Assembly (NCBI RefSeq): GCF_032062105.1
Contig: NW_026921619.1
Location: 1 to 64,000 of the forward strand
Direction: 5' to 3'
Length of the DNA: 64,000 nucleotides
Source of the DNA: Saccostrea cucullata
Taxonomy: Eukaryota
Part shown: piece after piece, positions 55,701-64,000 of the stretch
How the letters are laid out: every line of letters starts with the position of its first letter
Position numbering within the stretch: the stretch's first letter is position 1
Made by a program: the position numbers and the translations under genes
The notes under the pieces: generated by a model
The model's database searches: none
Seen by the model: the letters and a program-made list of their open reading frames with translations, nothing else
Told to the model about the DNA's origin: nothing

Positions 55701-56630
55701 CAGACGGTTGCTGATAAGCTTGTAACAGAAGTAATATGCCGCTTAGGCATACCATTTAGAATCCATACCGACCAAGGTCGTGAATTCGAATCGGCACTGT
55801 TTGCTGAGTTGTGTTCTCTCTTGGAGATAATAAAATCCCGAACCACGCCATATCACCCTCAATCCGACGGTATGGTAGAGAGATTCAACCGCACACTCCA
55901 GCAAATGTTGTCTATCTTTGTCAATGAGAACAGATCTAATTGGGATGACCACTTGCCATATTTAATGATGGCCTACCGTGCCACGGTTCACGAGAGTACA
56001 AAATGTACTCCCAATCTGGTCATGTTAGGGAGAGAAATCAATCTACCCATAGATGTTATAGCTGGTACAACTCCTACAAATACACCAGAGATTGGCTGCT
56101 ATCATTCTTACGTAGAGTGGATTCGCAATACCATGGAAATGACATATGGAATTGTTCATGAAAACTTGCAATCAAGTTTTAAGAAACAGAAACGATACCA
56201 TGATGTTAGACTGAAGCCACGGGAGTTTGCAATAGACGATCTGGTATGGAGATGGTACCCACCAAAAGCAAACCAGAAATTAGGATCCGGTTGGACAGGA
56301 CCCTACAGGGTTGTTCGGAAATTCTCAGACATAACCTATGAGATAAAACATGAAACAACAGGAAAAACAGTTGTTGTCCATGTTGATCATCTGAAGCAAC
56401 TTCACGGTAACGGAATTGCAGAGAATCAATATGATTCTGACAATGACCAAGACGAATCTTGCCTATACGATGAAAATTCAGATTCCGAATATGATACTAT
56501 GAGTGATCGGGAGGAAATTGAGCCTTTGGCTTGCAAATCGCCAGATCTGGATGCGGTTCAATCGAGACGCGCTGATGCTTTCTCGCGGAAAGGAAGGCTC
56601 ATAAAACCCGTTTCTCGATATTCTCCTTAG
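52749..56630 (+). CDS. pol: Pol: aspartic protease, RT, RNase H, integrase (expressed as Gag-Pol by frameshift)
   Basis: LVDTGSS; RFCVDYRKLN, LPFGL, YLDDII; LDTDAS; H...GHLG...CQTC, DILGP, TDQGREF, ERFNRTL; WTGPY. Confidence 0.95.
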   Translation, partial: SFKRKWAEPTAVSPAPEKPSHENRPKQDTKARLYSISKSCWFVKANLCNREIYFLVDTGSSWSLISNEIFDSLLGNKDLVDLHTSLTTADGDLLSVKGKTDVDLWINGKEFLTTVVVAQLGDLSGILGLDFLSKYEAIMDMNLGRLHSPFFGEIGLVKEDKLQSTCARIHVTETISIPAKCEMFLKGSTDCGFPHGVEGLIEPLSDDRRILLPKSVVNVQNNKVLFSVLNPTTETVILKKNATVASVQTIESVTEFDIKKVTESPPVETSLPSLPDYLQSLVDNSSSSLTEQQRQLLSDTLARNADVFMGPNTPLGRTDLVKHTINTDRAKPIKLPPRRLPMHQKAVADQEIDKMLEADIIEPSSSPWAAPIVLVKKRDGTTRFCVDYRKLNNVTIKDAYPLPRINESLDTLSGAKFFCTLDLASGYWQVAMDESDKTKTAFATHRGLFQFKVLPFGLSNSPATFERLMEAVLSGLQWEKCLVYLDDIITFGATFEETLENLTVIFDRLRTANLKLKPKKCALFQEQVEFLGHTVSQEGIRCNPDKISAVRNWPVPTSVSEVRSFIGLASYYRRFINNFSNVAYPLTRLTQKNRKFEWSEECENAFDTLKHLLTTAPVLSYPSPTDEFILDTDASAYGVGAVLSQMQNGEEVVIAYGSKTLSRSQMGYCTTYRELLAVVTFVKQFRHYLYGRPFLLRTDHSSLIWLKNFKEPEGLLARWIILLETYDFKIEHRKGSLHGNADGLSRKPRKRCKREGCNQCSSGECSVNALSSVATQDSDITKTNRPESNWVEQWSLQYLQEQQDKDMAISKVKQLIINRRERPKLNDPLPTVNTLLRQWQRLKVENDILYRVCEENENESHLQLVAPKSIRREIMQHLHNSKTSGHLGRERTLHSIRNRFYWPGMTDDVARWCQTCQPCSKKKPGPGQGKSPMQHHEVFGPMECLAIDILGPLPLTREGKQYIMVVGDYFSKWKEAFALEDHTAQTVADKLVTEVICRLGIPFRIHTDQGREFESALFAELCSLLEIIKSRTTPYHPQSDGMVERFNRTLQQMLSIFVNENRSNWDDHLPYLMMAYRATVHESTKCTPNLVMLGREINLPIDVIAGTTPTNTPEIGCYHSYVEWIRNTMEMTYGIVHENLQSSFKKQKRYHDVRLKPREFAIDDLVWRWYPPKANQKLGSGWTGPYRVVRKFSDITYEIKHETTGKTVVVHVDHLKQLHGNGIAENQYDSDNDQDESCLYDENSDSEYDTMSDREEIEPLACKSPDLDAVQSRRADAFSRKGRLIKPVSRYSP
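52752..52794 (+). promoter_or_regulatory. -1 programmed ribosomal frameshift signal (second copy 60630-60672)
   Basis: T TTA AAC in gag phase, 6-nt spacer, GC-rich stem GGGCTG...CAGCCC; the -1 frame is open from 52749 into pol. Confidence 0.8.
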
Positions 56631-57060
56631 AAAAATAAATAAGATAAATATATTTCTTGGGGGTGGTGTTTATGTTATTTGTTTGTTTTAATGAAGTTTA
56701 ATCCTATGGAAGACCCAATTTTATGTCTGTTGAGGACATGATGACATGTAGTACACGGTATAAATTCCTAAGGTTGGAATTGGGTAGATTTGTTTTGTAT
56801 ACACCATGGGTTTAGCTTTCGGTGTCTTATCTACCAGGTGTTATTTCCCACGAGAGAATAGTGATTCTCTGAGTGATGGGATGTGTACTTGTTGTGTCGG
56901 AGAAATGACACTTGTCATTGTTGTATAATTGGGTGGGGATAAGTTATACAGTTTATTTATTTTCCTTTCCAACTCTTTGCTGTTATAATGCAAGGTTTAT
57001 TAGTAAAAAGAAAATCTTCATACAGTTCTTTAATGTTGAACAAAATTGATTCTATTTCAG

Positions 57061-57948
57061 GCTACAGATTTTCTAGAGTTATTTGCGGATCTGAGTGAAG
57101 TCAATGCTGTCCTTGGACAGTGCCAGACCGACTATATTGAAGTCCTCTACGATCCTTCAGGAATGATCTGCCCCGTGCTAGGATGCAGAGGGACGAAGTT
57201 TCCTTCCAAATCAAAATTCTCCCGACACTGGGAGGAGAGACACAAACTGTATGTCACCAAATTTATATGTTCCGTTAATGGGTGTAGCGCGGAGTGTAGG
57301 CGGAAATCAGACATGAGAACTCACATTCGTCGAGCACATGAGAGCAATCCAGACCGAGTGGAGTTTATACTCACTAAGTGTGAGATGATTCACAGGGAGA
57401 ACAAGGGTTATTTAGACCCAGGTCTTTACATATTTAAAGGAGGATGCCTGAGAGAAACTACTGACCCAGTTGTAACCCAGGAACAGGAGAAGTCCACTAC
57501 GGATGATGGAATAACGCCGGTGGATGTGGAGAGTAGATGTTCTACTCAGACTGAGCCAACTGCACCAACAACCGACCTCAAGGAAGAAGAGCTGGAGACC
57601 AGCAGCAAGAAGAGAAAGCTTACTCTCCAGGAGTACAGGGACAGGGAGGTCCTAGATCACCGGTCGACAGGGACCCAAACAACGTGGGTGAACCTACCCA
57701 GCCTTGACCTACCAAACCTCCCAGAGGCAGGTAATTCAGAGGAATTGCAGTCGTGCCTCATGTGGCTGTGCAACAGCATGGACGTAGTAGGAAGAGCGAG
57801 AGCACTGGTGAAAAAGAGGATAGAGCACGGTGAGCGAACGGAACTGGAGCGAGAGAGGGAAATGAGGCGTCAACTGGAGAAGAAGAACCGGGAATTAGAG
57901 AGTGAGATCAGAAAATTACGATCTATGGACAAACTTTTCGAGGAGTAA
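57061..57948 (+). CDS. ORF3: two C2H2-type zinc fingers, basic NLS-like motif, C-terminal coiled coil; probably a spliced exon
   Basis: CPVLGC-x13-H-x4-H and CSVNGC-x12-H-x4-H; SKKRKL; E/R/K/L-rich C-terminus; no ATG at the ORF start but acceptor-like ttctatttcag|G at 57060/57061; first ATG at 57163. Confidence 0.75.
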   Translation, partial: ATDFLELFADLSEVNAVLGQCQTDYIEVLYDPSGMICPVLGCRGTKFPSKSKFSRHWEERHKLYVTKFICSVNGCSAECRRKSDMRTHIRRAHESNPDRVEFILTKCEMIHRENKGYLDPGLYIFKGGCLRETTDPVVTQEQEKSTTDDGITPVDVESRCSTQTEPTAPTTDLKEEELETSSKKRKLTLQEYRDREVLDHRSTGTQTTWVNLPSLDLPNLPEAGNSEELQSCLMWLCNSMDVVGRARALVKKRIEHGERTELEREREMRRQLEKKNRELESEIRKLRSMDKLFEE

Positions 57949-58207
57949 GTGCGAACAACTGTGACGAAATGTGCTAATATGTGAAAGTTGTGACATTGTT
58001 TATTTATTGTTTAAAAAGTGTTTATATAACTGTACATGTAATTGATTGAATGTCTATTATCTTAAAGTTTCTAAATGTTGATTCATGTACATTATATTTT
58101 CATAATAATTGAATGTATGTTATTTTGAAGTAATACTTGTATTTATTAGATATACATGTAATTGTATTTATGTAGACTAATGTGTATTTCCATCCACATT
58201 AGATCTT

Positions 58208-58220
58208 AAGGAAGGGGGAG
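58208..58220 (+). promoter_or_regulatory. Polypurine tract
   Basis: AAGGAAGGGGGAG immediately before the LTR-initial TG. Confidence 0.85.
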
Positions 58221-58684
58221 TGTGGTGGTTTTTACATGTGTTTAATTAAATTTGTATGTAATTACAGAGTATTTATGTATATGTACCTTACTTTATTCAT
58301 ATTTCCCTCTATTTGTCATTACTTGTTGTTTAGAGTTATTCCCCTTTGTTTATAACCCGTTTGGGTTGGGCGCGCCCGGGTCTATAGTACCCGGCCGGGG
58401 TTTACTATTATTATATGTTATATATATTGTGTAATCAGTGCAGTCTACATTATTATTAATTATCGATCAGACGTATTTTGGGGGACTGGGGCTAAATTTC
58501 TACAATGGTAATTATTGCATTCTTGGATTTTAGGATATTGTTTCATATCTTTTACGTTTGTTTGTAAATTGTAAATATTGCAACAGAATATATTTAATTC
58601 TTTAAACACTGAAATTCTTGTCATTCTTTTATCCTTTGAACTCGGACTTATGTACGGGACTAACCCCTAGACAGTCCCGTTACA
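58221..58684 (+). repeat. Shared central LTR (464 bp, TGT...ACA)
   Basis: Preceded by the PPT and followed by the PBS; 58415-58684 matches 50537-50806. Confidence 0.9.
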
Positions 58685-58828
58685 TAGATATTTTTGGGGG
58701 CTCGTTCCGAGGATAAAAGAATATTTTGGTGTTTTATCTTGGATTTTTACGCGTCGATTGACGCTGTATATTTATTTACATACAATGTCTTTTTGGGGAG
58801 GGTTTCTCGCAATTTTGCGATTTTTCAT

Positions 58829-59242
58829 TTAGTCTCGTTTACCCCAGACTCTCGCTCTCGAGACTTGGGCCGAGCGAGAGTCTGGTCTGATTCCTATTTA
58901 ATTTTTGTAACCAGTAGAGGTCGCTAAACCGGCTAACAAGATGGCGATTCCAATGAAAATACATATGAGAATTTACTTTTTAAACAAAGATATGTGCGTT
59001 TTTTGTTCCTTGTAAAGCAGACAGAGGTATTTTATTATAAAACCAGGTAAAAGTAAAGGCGCAGCCTCTGACTTTTTAAAGAATACAGATCTTAGATTCG
59101 AAGAGAATGTGTCAGCCAATGAAAATCCATACCGACTTCTCGGTAAGCCTCGATTTGAAATTACAAAAAATAAATAGGAATCAGACCAGACTCTCGCTCG
59201 GCCCAAGTCTCGAGAGCGAGAGTCTGGGGTAAACGAGACTAA
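58829..59242. mobile_element. Same 414-bp MITE in copy 2
   Basis: Same position and TSD as 50951-51364. Confidence 0.9.
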
Positions 59243-59358
59243 TTTTCATTCCAAGTTTTCTTCGTGTTACTTGTAAATCGGATGAACAATCCTCTAAATC
59301 TGGAGGAAATTCTAAAATAGGACGTAATGAAACTGCTAAAGTTTCCGACTATGCAAAA

Positions 59359-60663
59359 GTGGAAAATGTTAGATCCGCGCACTTACTTGACGAAGATTCT
59401 GCATACGACACGCTTGTTTCATCGTTTTCTCCGTCATTGTCGATGGAACGTGGATATAAATCAGATAATTCTGATTCCAAAATAAACACTGATACTGATT
59501 GTCCCCGAAATTCATCGTATTTCTCACCTAATCAATCAGAAAACAGATGTTTTTCGCCGATGTATAGACAAAATACAGACGAATCCATAGATCACGTGAC
59601 GTCGTACACAAAGAGTATGGAAAGCCATTCCGATGCTAACTTTACGCGGTCGAAAGCTAGCACACCGCGTGATTCTTACGCAAATAAATATGGCATAGAC
59701 AAACTGAATGTTTGTAAAACACCTCAGGGTAATTTTAAGAAAGAACAAAGTCTTTATGATAATTATGGAAACCGGTCTGAATCTAAAAGCAATCGTTTTA
59801 GAAAATACAAAGAACCGGACGTGTACAATGCAGAGAATACAGAATGGCCCGATTATCTATGTCATTTCGAGCAAGTTGCAATGTGGAACGAGTGGACAGA
59901 TGCCGAGAAAGCTACTCAGTTAGCTATGAGTTTGAGAGGTCGAGCGCAAAGAGTTCTGAGTGAGCTCTCGTATAGGGAACTAGGAAATTATGCCGAGTTG
60001 AAATGCGCGCTAACTCAGCGATTTTCTCCACCTGAGCGTGAAACGGCATACAGGTGCGAGTTTCGTAATAGAAAACGGAAATCAGGTGAAACTGTGTCCG
60101 AGTATGGATACTCGTTAAGGCGACTAGCTAGTCGCGCTTTCCCAACATTTCCTTCAGATATGCATGAAAGTCTTACTGTTGAACAGTTTGTCACTGGTTT
60201 AGGTTGCCACGAACTAAAACGCTACGTGCAGTTTTCTCATCCTAAAACGCTAGATCGCGCTATTCCTCTGGCGCTCGAATTTGAGTCGTTTGAAGGGTCT
60301 CAGGACACCCCACGGAAACCGCGGGACATTGAAAAACCACATGTTGGTTATGCACGCGCTGTTCTTCCGCCCACAGATAAAAATGACAACAATAGTCATG
60401 TAAATCTAGAGAAACTAGAGGAATCTATTCAACACATGATTCAGAAAACACTGAAGTCTTTGGAATTTAAAGGGCACAATGGTCCTTACGAGAAAAGACC
60501 TAATGGTCATAGTGGGCCTCGAGAAATAGTTTGTTACGCTTGTAATGAAACTGGCCATATAAGTTCAAAATGTCCAAAGAAAAACTCAAAGCCGAAAAAT
60601 AGAAAGGGAACCCATAATGACTCTAGTCATTTAAACGAAAATGGGCTGAGCCCACGGCCGTAA
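59359..60663 (+). CDS. gag: Gag, copy 2
   Basis: Same protein as 51481-52785. Confidence 0.9.
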   Translation: MENVRSAHLLDEDSAYDTLVSSFSPSLSMERGYKSDNSDSKINTDTDCPRNSSYFSPNQSENRCFSPMYRQNTDESIDHVTSYTKSMESHSDANFTRSKASTPRDSYANKYGIDKLNVCKTPQGNFKKEQSLYDNYGNRSESKSNRFRKYKEPDVYNAENTEWPDYLCHFEQVAMWNEWTDAEKATQLAMSLRGRAQRVLSELSYRELGNYAELKCALTQRFSPPERETAYRCEFRNRKRKSGETVSEYGYSLRRLASRAFPTFPSDMHESLTVEQFVTGLGCHELKRYVQFSHPKTLDRAIPLALEFESFEGSQDTPRKPRDIEKPHVGYARAVLPPTDKNDNNSHVNLEKLEESIQHMIQKTLKSLEFKGHNGPYEKRPNGHSGPREIVCYACNETGHISSKCPKKNSKPKNRKGTHNDSSHLNENGLSPRP

Positions 60664-63600
60664 GCCCAGCCCCTGAAAAACCCAGTCATGAAAATAGGCC
60701 AAAACAAGACACGAAAGCTCGTTTGTACAGTATTTCAAAAAGTTGTTGGTTTGTCAAAGCAAATCTTTGTAATAGAGAAATTTATTTTCTTGTTGATACG
60801 GGGTCCAGCTGGAGCCTAATATCAAATGAAATTTTTGATTCTTTGCTTGGAAACAAAGACCTAGTTGATCTTCACACTTCATTGACTACGGCCGATGGGG
60901 ATTTGCTCTCAGTGAAGGGTAAAACCGATGTAGACTTATGGATTAATGGGAAGGAATTTTTGACAACTGTTGTTGTTGCTCAACTTGGAGATTTGTCCGG
61001 TATACTCGGACTTGATTTTCTTTCAAAATATGAGGCTATAATGGACATGAACCTAGGACGACTACATTCACCATTCTTTGGTGAGATCGGTTTAGTAAAA
61101 GAGGACAAATTACAAAGTACATGCGCACGCATTCATGTGACAGAGACGATTAGCATACCAGCTAAATGCGAGATGTTTTTGAAAGGAAGCACGGACTGTG
61201 GATTTCCACATGGTGTGGAAGGTTTGATAGAACCGCTTTCCGATGATAGACGAATTTTGTTACCGAAATCTGTCGTTAATGTACAAAATAACAAAGTGCT
61301 TTTCTCTGTACTAAATCCAACAACAGAAACAGTGATACTTAAGAAAAATGCTACCGTGGCGTCCGTACAAACAATTGAATCTGTAACTGAATTTGACATC
61401 AAAAAAGTCACAGAAAGCCCTCCAGTGGAGACAAGCTTACCAAGCTTACCCGACTATTTGCAGTCCCTGGTCGACAACAGCTCGAGTAGCTTAACTGAAC
61501 AGCAACGCCAGCTGTTAAGCGACACATTAGCACGTAATGCTGACGTTTTTATGGGACCAAATACCCCATTAGGGCGTACAGATCTTGTGAAACACACAAT
61601 AAATACTGACAGAGCTAAGCCAATCAAGTTACCACCAAGGCGTCTCCCTATGCACCAAAAAGCCGTAGCAGATCAAGAAATAGACAAAATGCTTGAAGCT
61701 GATATAATAGAACCAAGCAGTTCACCTTGGGCTGCGCCAATAGTTCTAGTGAAGAAACGGGATGGAACTACACGATTCTGTGTAGATTATCGAAAGCTAA
61801 ATAACGTAACGATTAAGGATGCCTATCCCCTGCCACGAATCAATGAATCACTAGACACACTCTCCGGCGCTAAATTCTTCTGTACTCTCGATCTTGCTAG
61901 TGGCTATTGGCAAGTCGCTATGGACGAATCTGATAAAACAAAGACAGCGTTCGCAACCCACAGGGGTCTATTCCAGTTTAAAGTGTTACCGTTTGGTTTA
62001 TCTAATAGCCCTGCAACATTTGAGCGCTTGATGGAAGCCGTTCTATCTGGCCTACAATGGGAGAAATGTCTAGTTTATCTAGACGACATCATAACATTTG
62101 GTGCCACGTTCGAAGAAACTCTAGAGAACCTGACTGTCATCTTTGACAGACTTCGTACTGCGAATCTTAAACTAAAACCGAAGAAATGCGCCTTGTTTCA
62201 AGAACAAGTAGAATTTCTGGGTCATACTGTATCCCAAGAAGGTATTAGATGTAACCCCGACAAGATATCAGCTGTAAGGAATTGGCCCGTACCAACTTCC
62301 GTTTCAGAAGTACGCAGCTTTATAGGACTCGCATCCTATTATCGCAGGTTTATAAACAATTTTTCGAATGTCGCATACCCGCTAACCCGCTTGACACAAA
62401 AGAACAGAAAGTTTGAATGGTCAGAGGAATGTGAAAATGCTTTTGATACCTTAAAGCATCTCCTTACAACTGCACCAGTATTATCGTACCCATCACCAAC
62501 AGACGAATTTATATTGGATACTGATGCTAGCGCATATGGAGTCGGAGCTGTGCTCTCACAGATGCAAAATGGCGAGGAAGTAGTAATTGCTTATGGTAGC
62601 AAGACACTATCCAGATCCCAAATGGGATATTGCACTACATATCGAGAGCTACTAGCAGTCGTAACCTTTGTCAAACAATTCCGACACTATCTATATGGAA
62701 GACCCTTTCTATTAAGAACAGACCATTCTTCGTTGATCTGGTTGAAAAATTTTAAGGAGCCAGAAGGTTTACTTGCACGCTGGATATCTCTGTTGGAAAC
62801 CTATGACTTCAAAATTGAACACAGAAAAGGAAGTCTTCATGGCAATGCAGATGGCTTGTCTAGGAAACCAAGGAAACGTTGCAAAAGAGAAGGATGCAAC
62901 CAATGCTCCTCCGGAGAATGCTCAGTCAATGCTTTAAGCTCAGTAGCTACTCAAGATTCAGACATTACCAAGACTAACAGACCCGAATCCAATTGGGTAG
63001 AACAATGGAGTCTCCAGTACTTACAAGAACAACAGGACAAAGACATGGCAATATCAAAGGTTAAACAACTTATCATTAATCGGAGAGAACGTCCGAAATT
63101 AAATGACCCGTTGCCAACAGTAAACACATTACTTCGCCAGTGGCAGCGACTCAAAGTGGAAAACGATATACTCTACAGAGTATGCGAAGAAAATGAAAAC
63201 GAAAGTCATCTCCAGTTAGTTGCCCCAAAGTCTATTAGGAGAGAAATTATGCAACATTTGCATAACAGTAAGACGTCGGGACATCTTGGACGCGAGAGAA
63301 CTCTGCATTCTATCAGAAATCGTTTTTATTGGCCAGGAATGACTGACGATGTTGCACGCTGGTGTCAAACTTGTCAACCTTGTTCAAAGAAAAAGCCAGG
63401 TCCTGGACAAGGGAAGTCCCCAATGCAACACCATGAAGTATTTGGTCCTATGGAATGTCTTGCCATCGACATCTTAGGTCCCCTACCATTAACTAGAGAA
63501 GGAAAACAATACATTATGGTTGTTGGAGATTATTTTTCCAAATGGAAAGAGGCATTTGCATTGGAGGATCATACAGCACAGACGGTTGCTGATAAGCTTG

Positions 63601-64000
63601 TAACAGAAGTAATATGCCGCTTAGGCATACCATTTAGAATCCATACCGACCAAGGTCGTGAATTCGAATCGGCACTGTTTGCTGAGTTGTGTTCTCTCTT
63701 GGAGATAATAAAATCCCGAACCACGCCATATCACCCTCAATCCGACGGTATGGTAGAGAGATTCAACCGCACACTCCAGCAAATGTTGTCTATCTTTGTC
63801 AATGAGAACAGATCTAATTGGGATGACCACTTGCCATATTTAATGATGGCCTACCGTGCCACGGTTCACGAGAGTACAAAATGTACTCCCAATCTGGTCA
63901 TGTTAGGGAGAGAAATCAATCTACCCATAGATGTTATAGCTGGTACAACTCCTACAAATACACCAGAGATTGGCTGCTATCATTCTTACGTAGAGTGGAT
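60627..64000 (+). CDS. pol: Pol, copy 2 (incomplete at window end)
   Basis: Colinear with 52749 onward; few differences (e.g. WIILLE vs WISLLE). Confidence 0.9.

Larger units (their letters stand above)
50537..58684 (+). mobile_element. Gypsy/Ty3 LTR retrotransposon, copy 1 (partial 5' LTR 50537-50806; 3' LTR 58221-58684)
   Basis: LTR homology at offset 7878; PBS, gag, pol (PR-RT-RH-IN order), ORF3 and PPT all present. Confidence 0.95.
58221..64000 (+). mobile_element. Gypsy/Ty3 LTR retrotransposon, copy 2 (runs off the window)
   Basis: Near-identical to copy 1 at offset 7878. Confidence 0.95.

Noticed and set aside
57046-57948. ORF3 as an env gene
   Set aside because: No signal peptide, fusion peptide or transmembrane anchor; it has zinc fingers and an NLS-like motif instead

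Overview
AT-rich, repeat-dense eukaryotic (animal) DNA. The repeat landscape suggests a bivalve such as an oyster (inference). I found no convincing host protein-coding gene. Bases 1-22.5 kb are a mosaic of nested non-autonomous DNA transposons (Tc1/mariner MITEs, EnSpm-like, Kolobok-like, Helentron-like and Crypton-like elements), a decayed mariner, and an inverted pair of 36-bp minisatellite arrays. Bases 22994-49872 are a head-to-tail array of about 7.5 near-identical 3605-bp Penelope-like retroelements (PLEs). Each has one 1075-aa ORF (PLE N-terminus, an inserted OTU cysteine-protease/deubiquitinase domain with an intact Cys/His/Asn triad, DKG, RT, Cys-rich linker, GIY-YIG endonuclease) and one minimal hammerhead ribozyme per unit. 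The first copy is 5'-truncated and the last has lost the endonuclease by a 361-bp deletion. Bases 50537-64000 are two tandem Gypsy/Ty3 LTR retrotransposons sharing a central LTR, with a tRNA-Pro PBS, a U_UUA_AAC -1 frameshift signal, and a probably spliced third ORF encoding a double-C2H2 zinc-finger/NLS/coiled-coil protein in place of env. A 414-bp MITE interrupts the true gag start in both copies. Assembly gaps lie at 22479-22663 and 49887-50030. The best novelty candidate is the OTU-carrying, ribozyme-punctuated PLE array.
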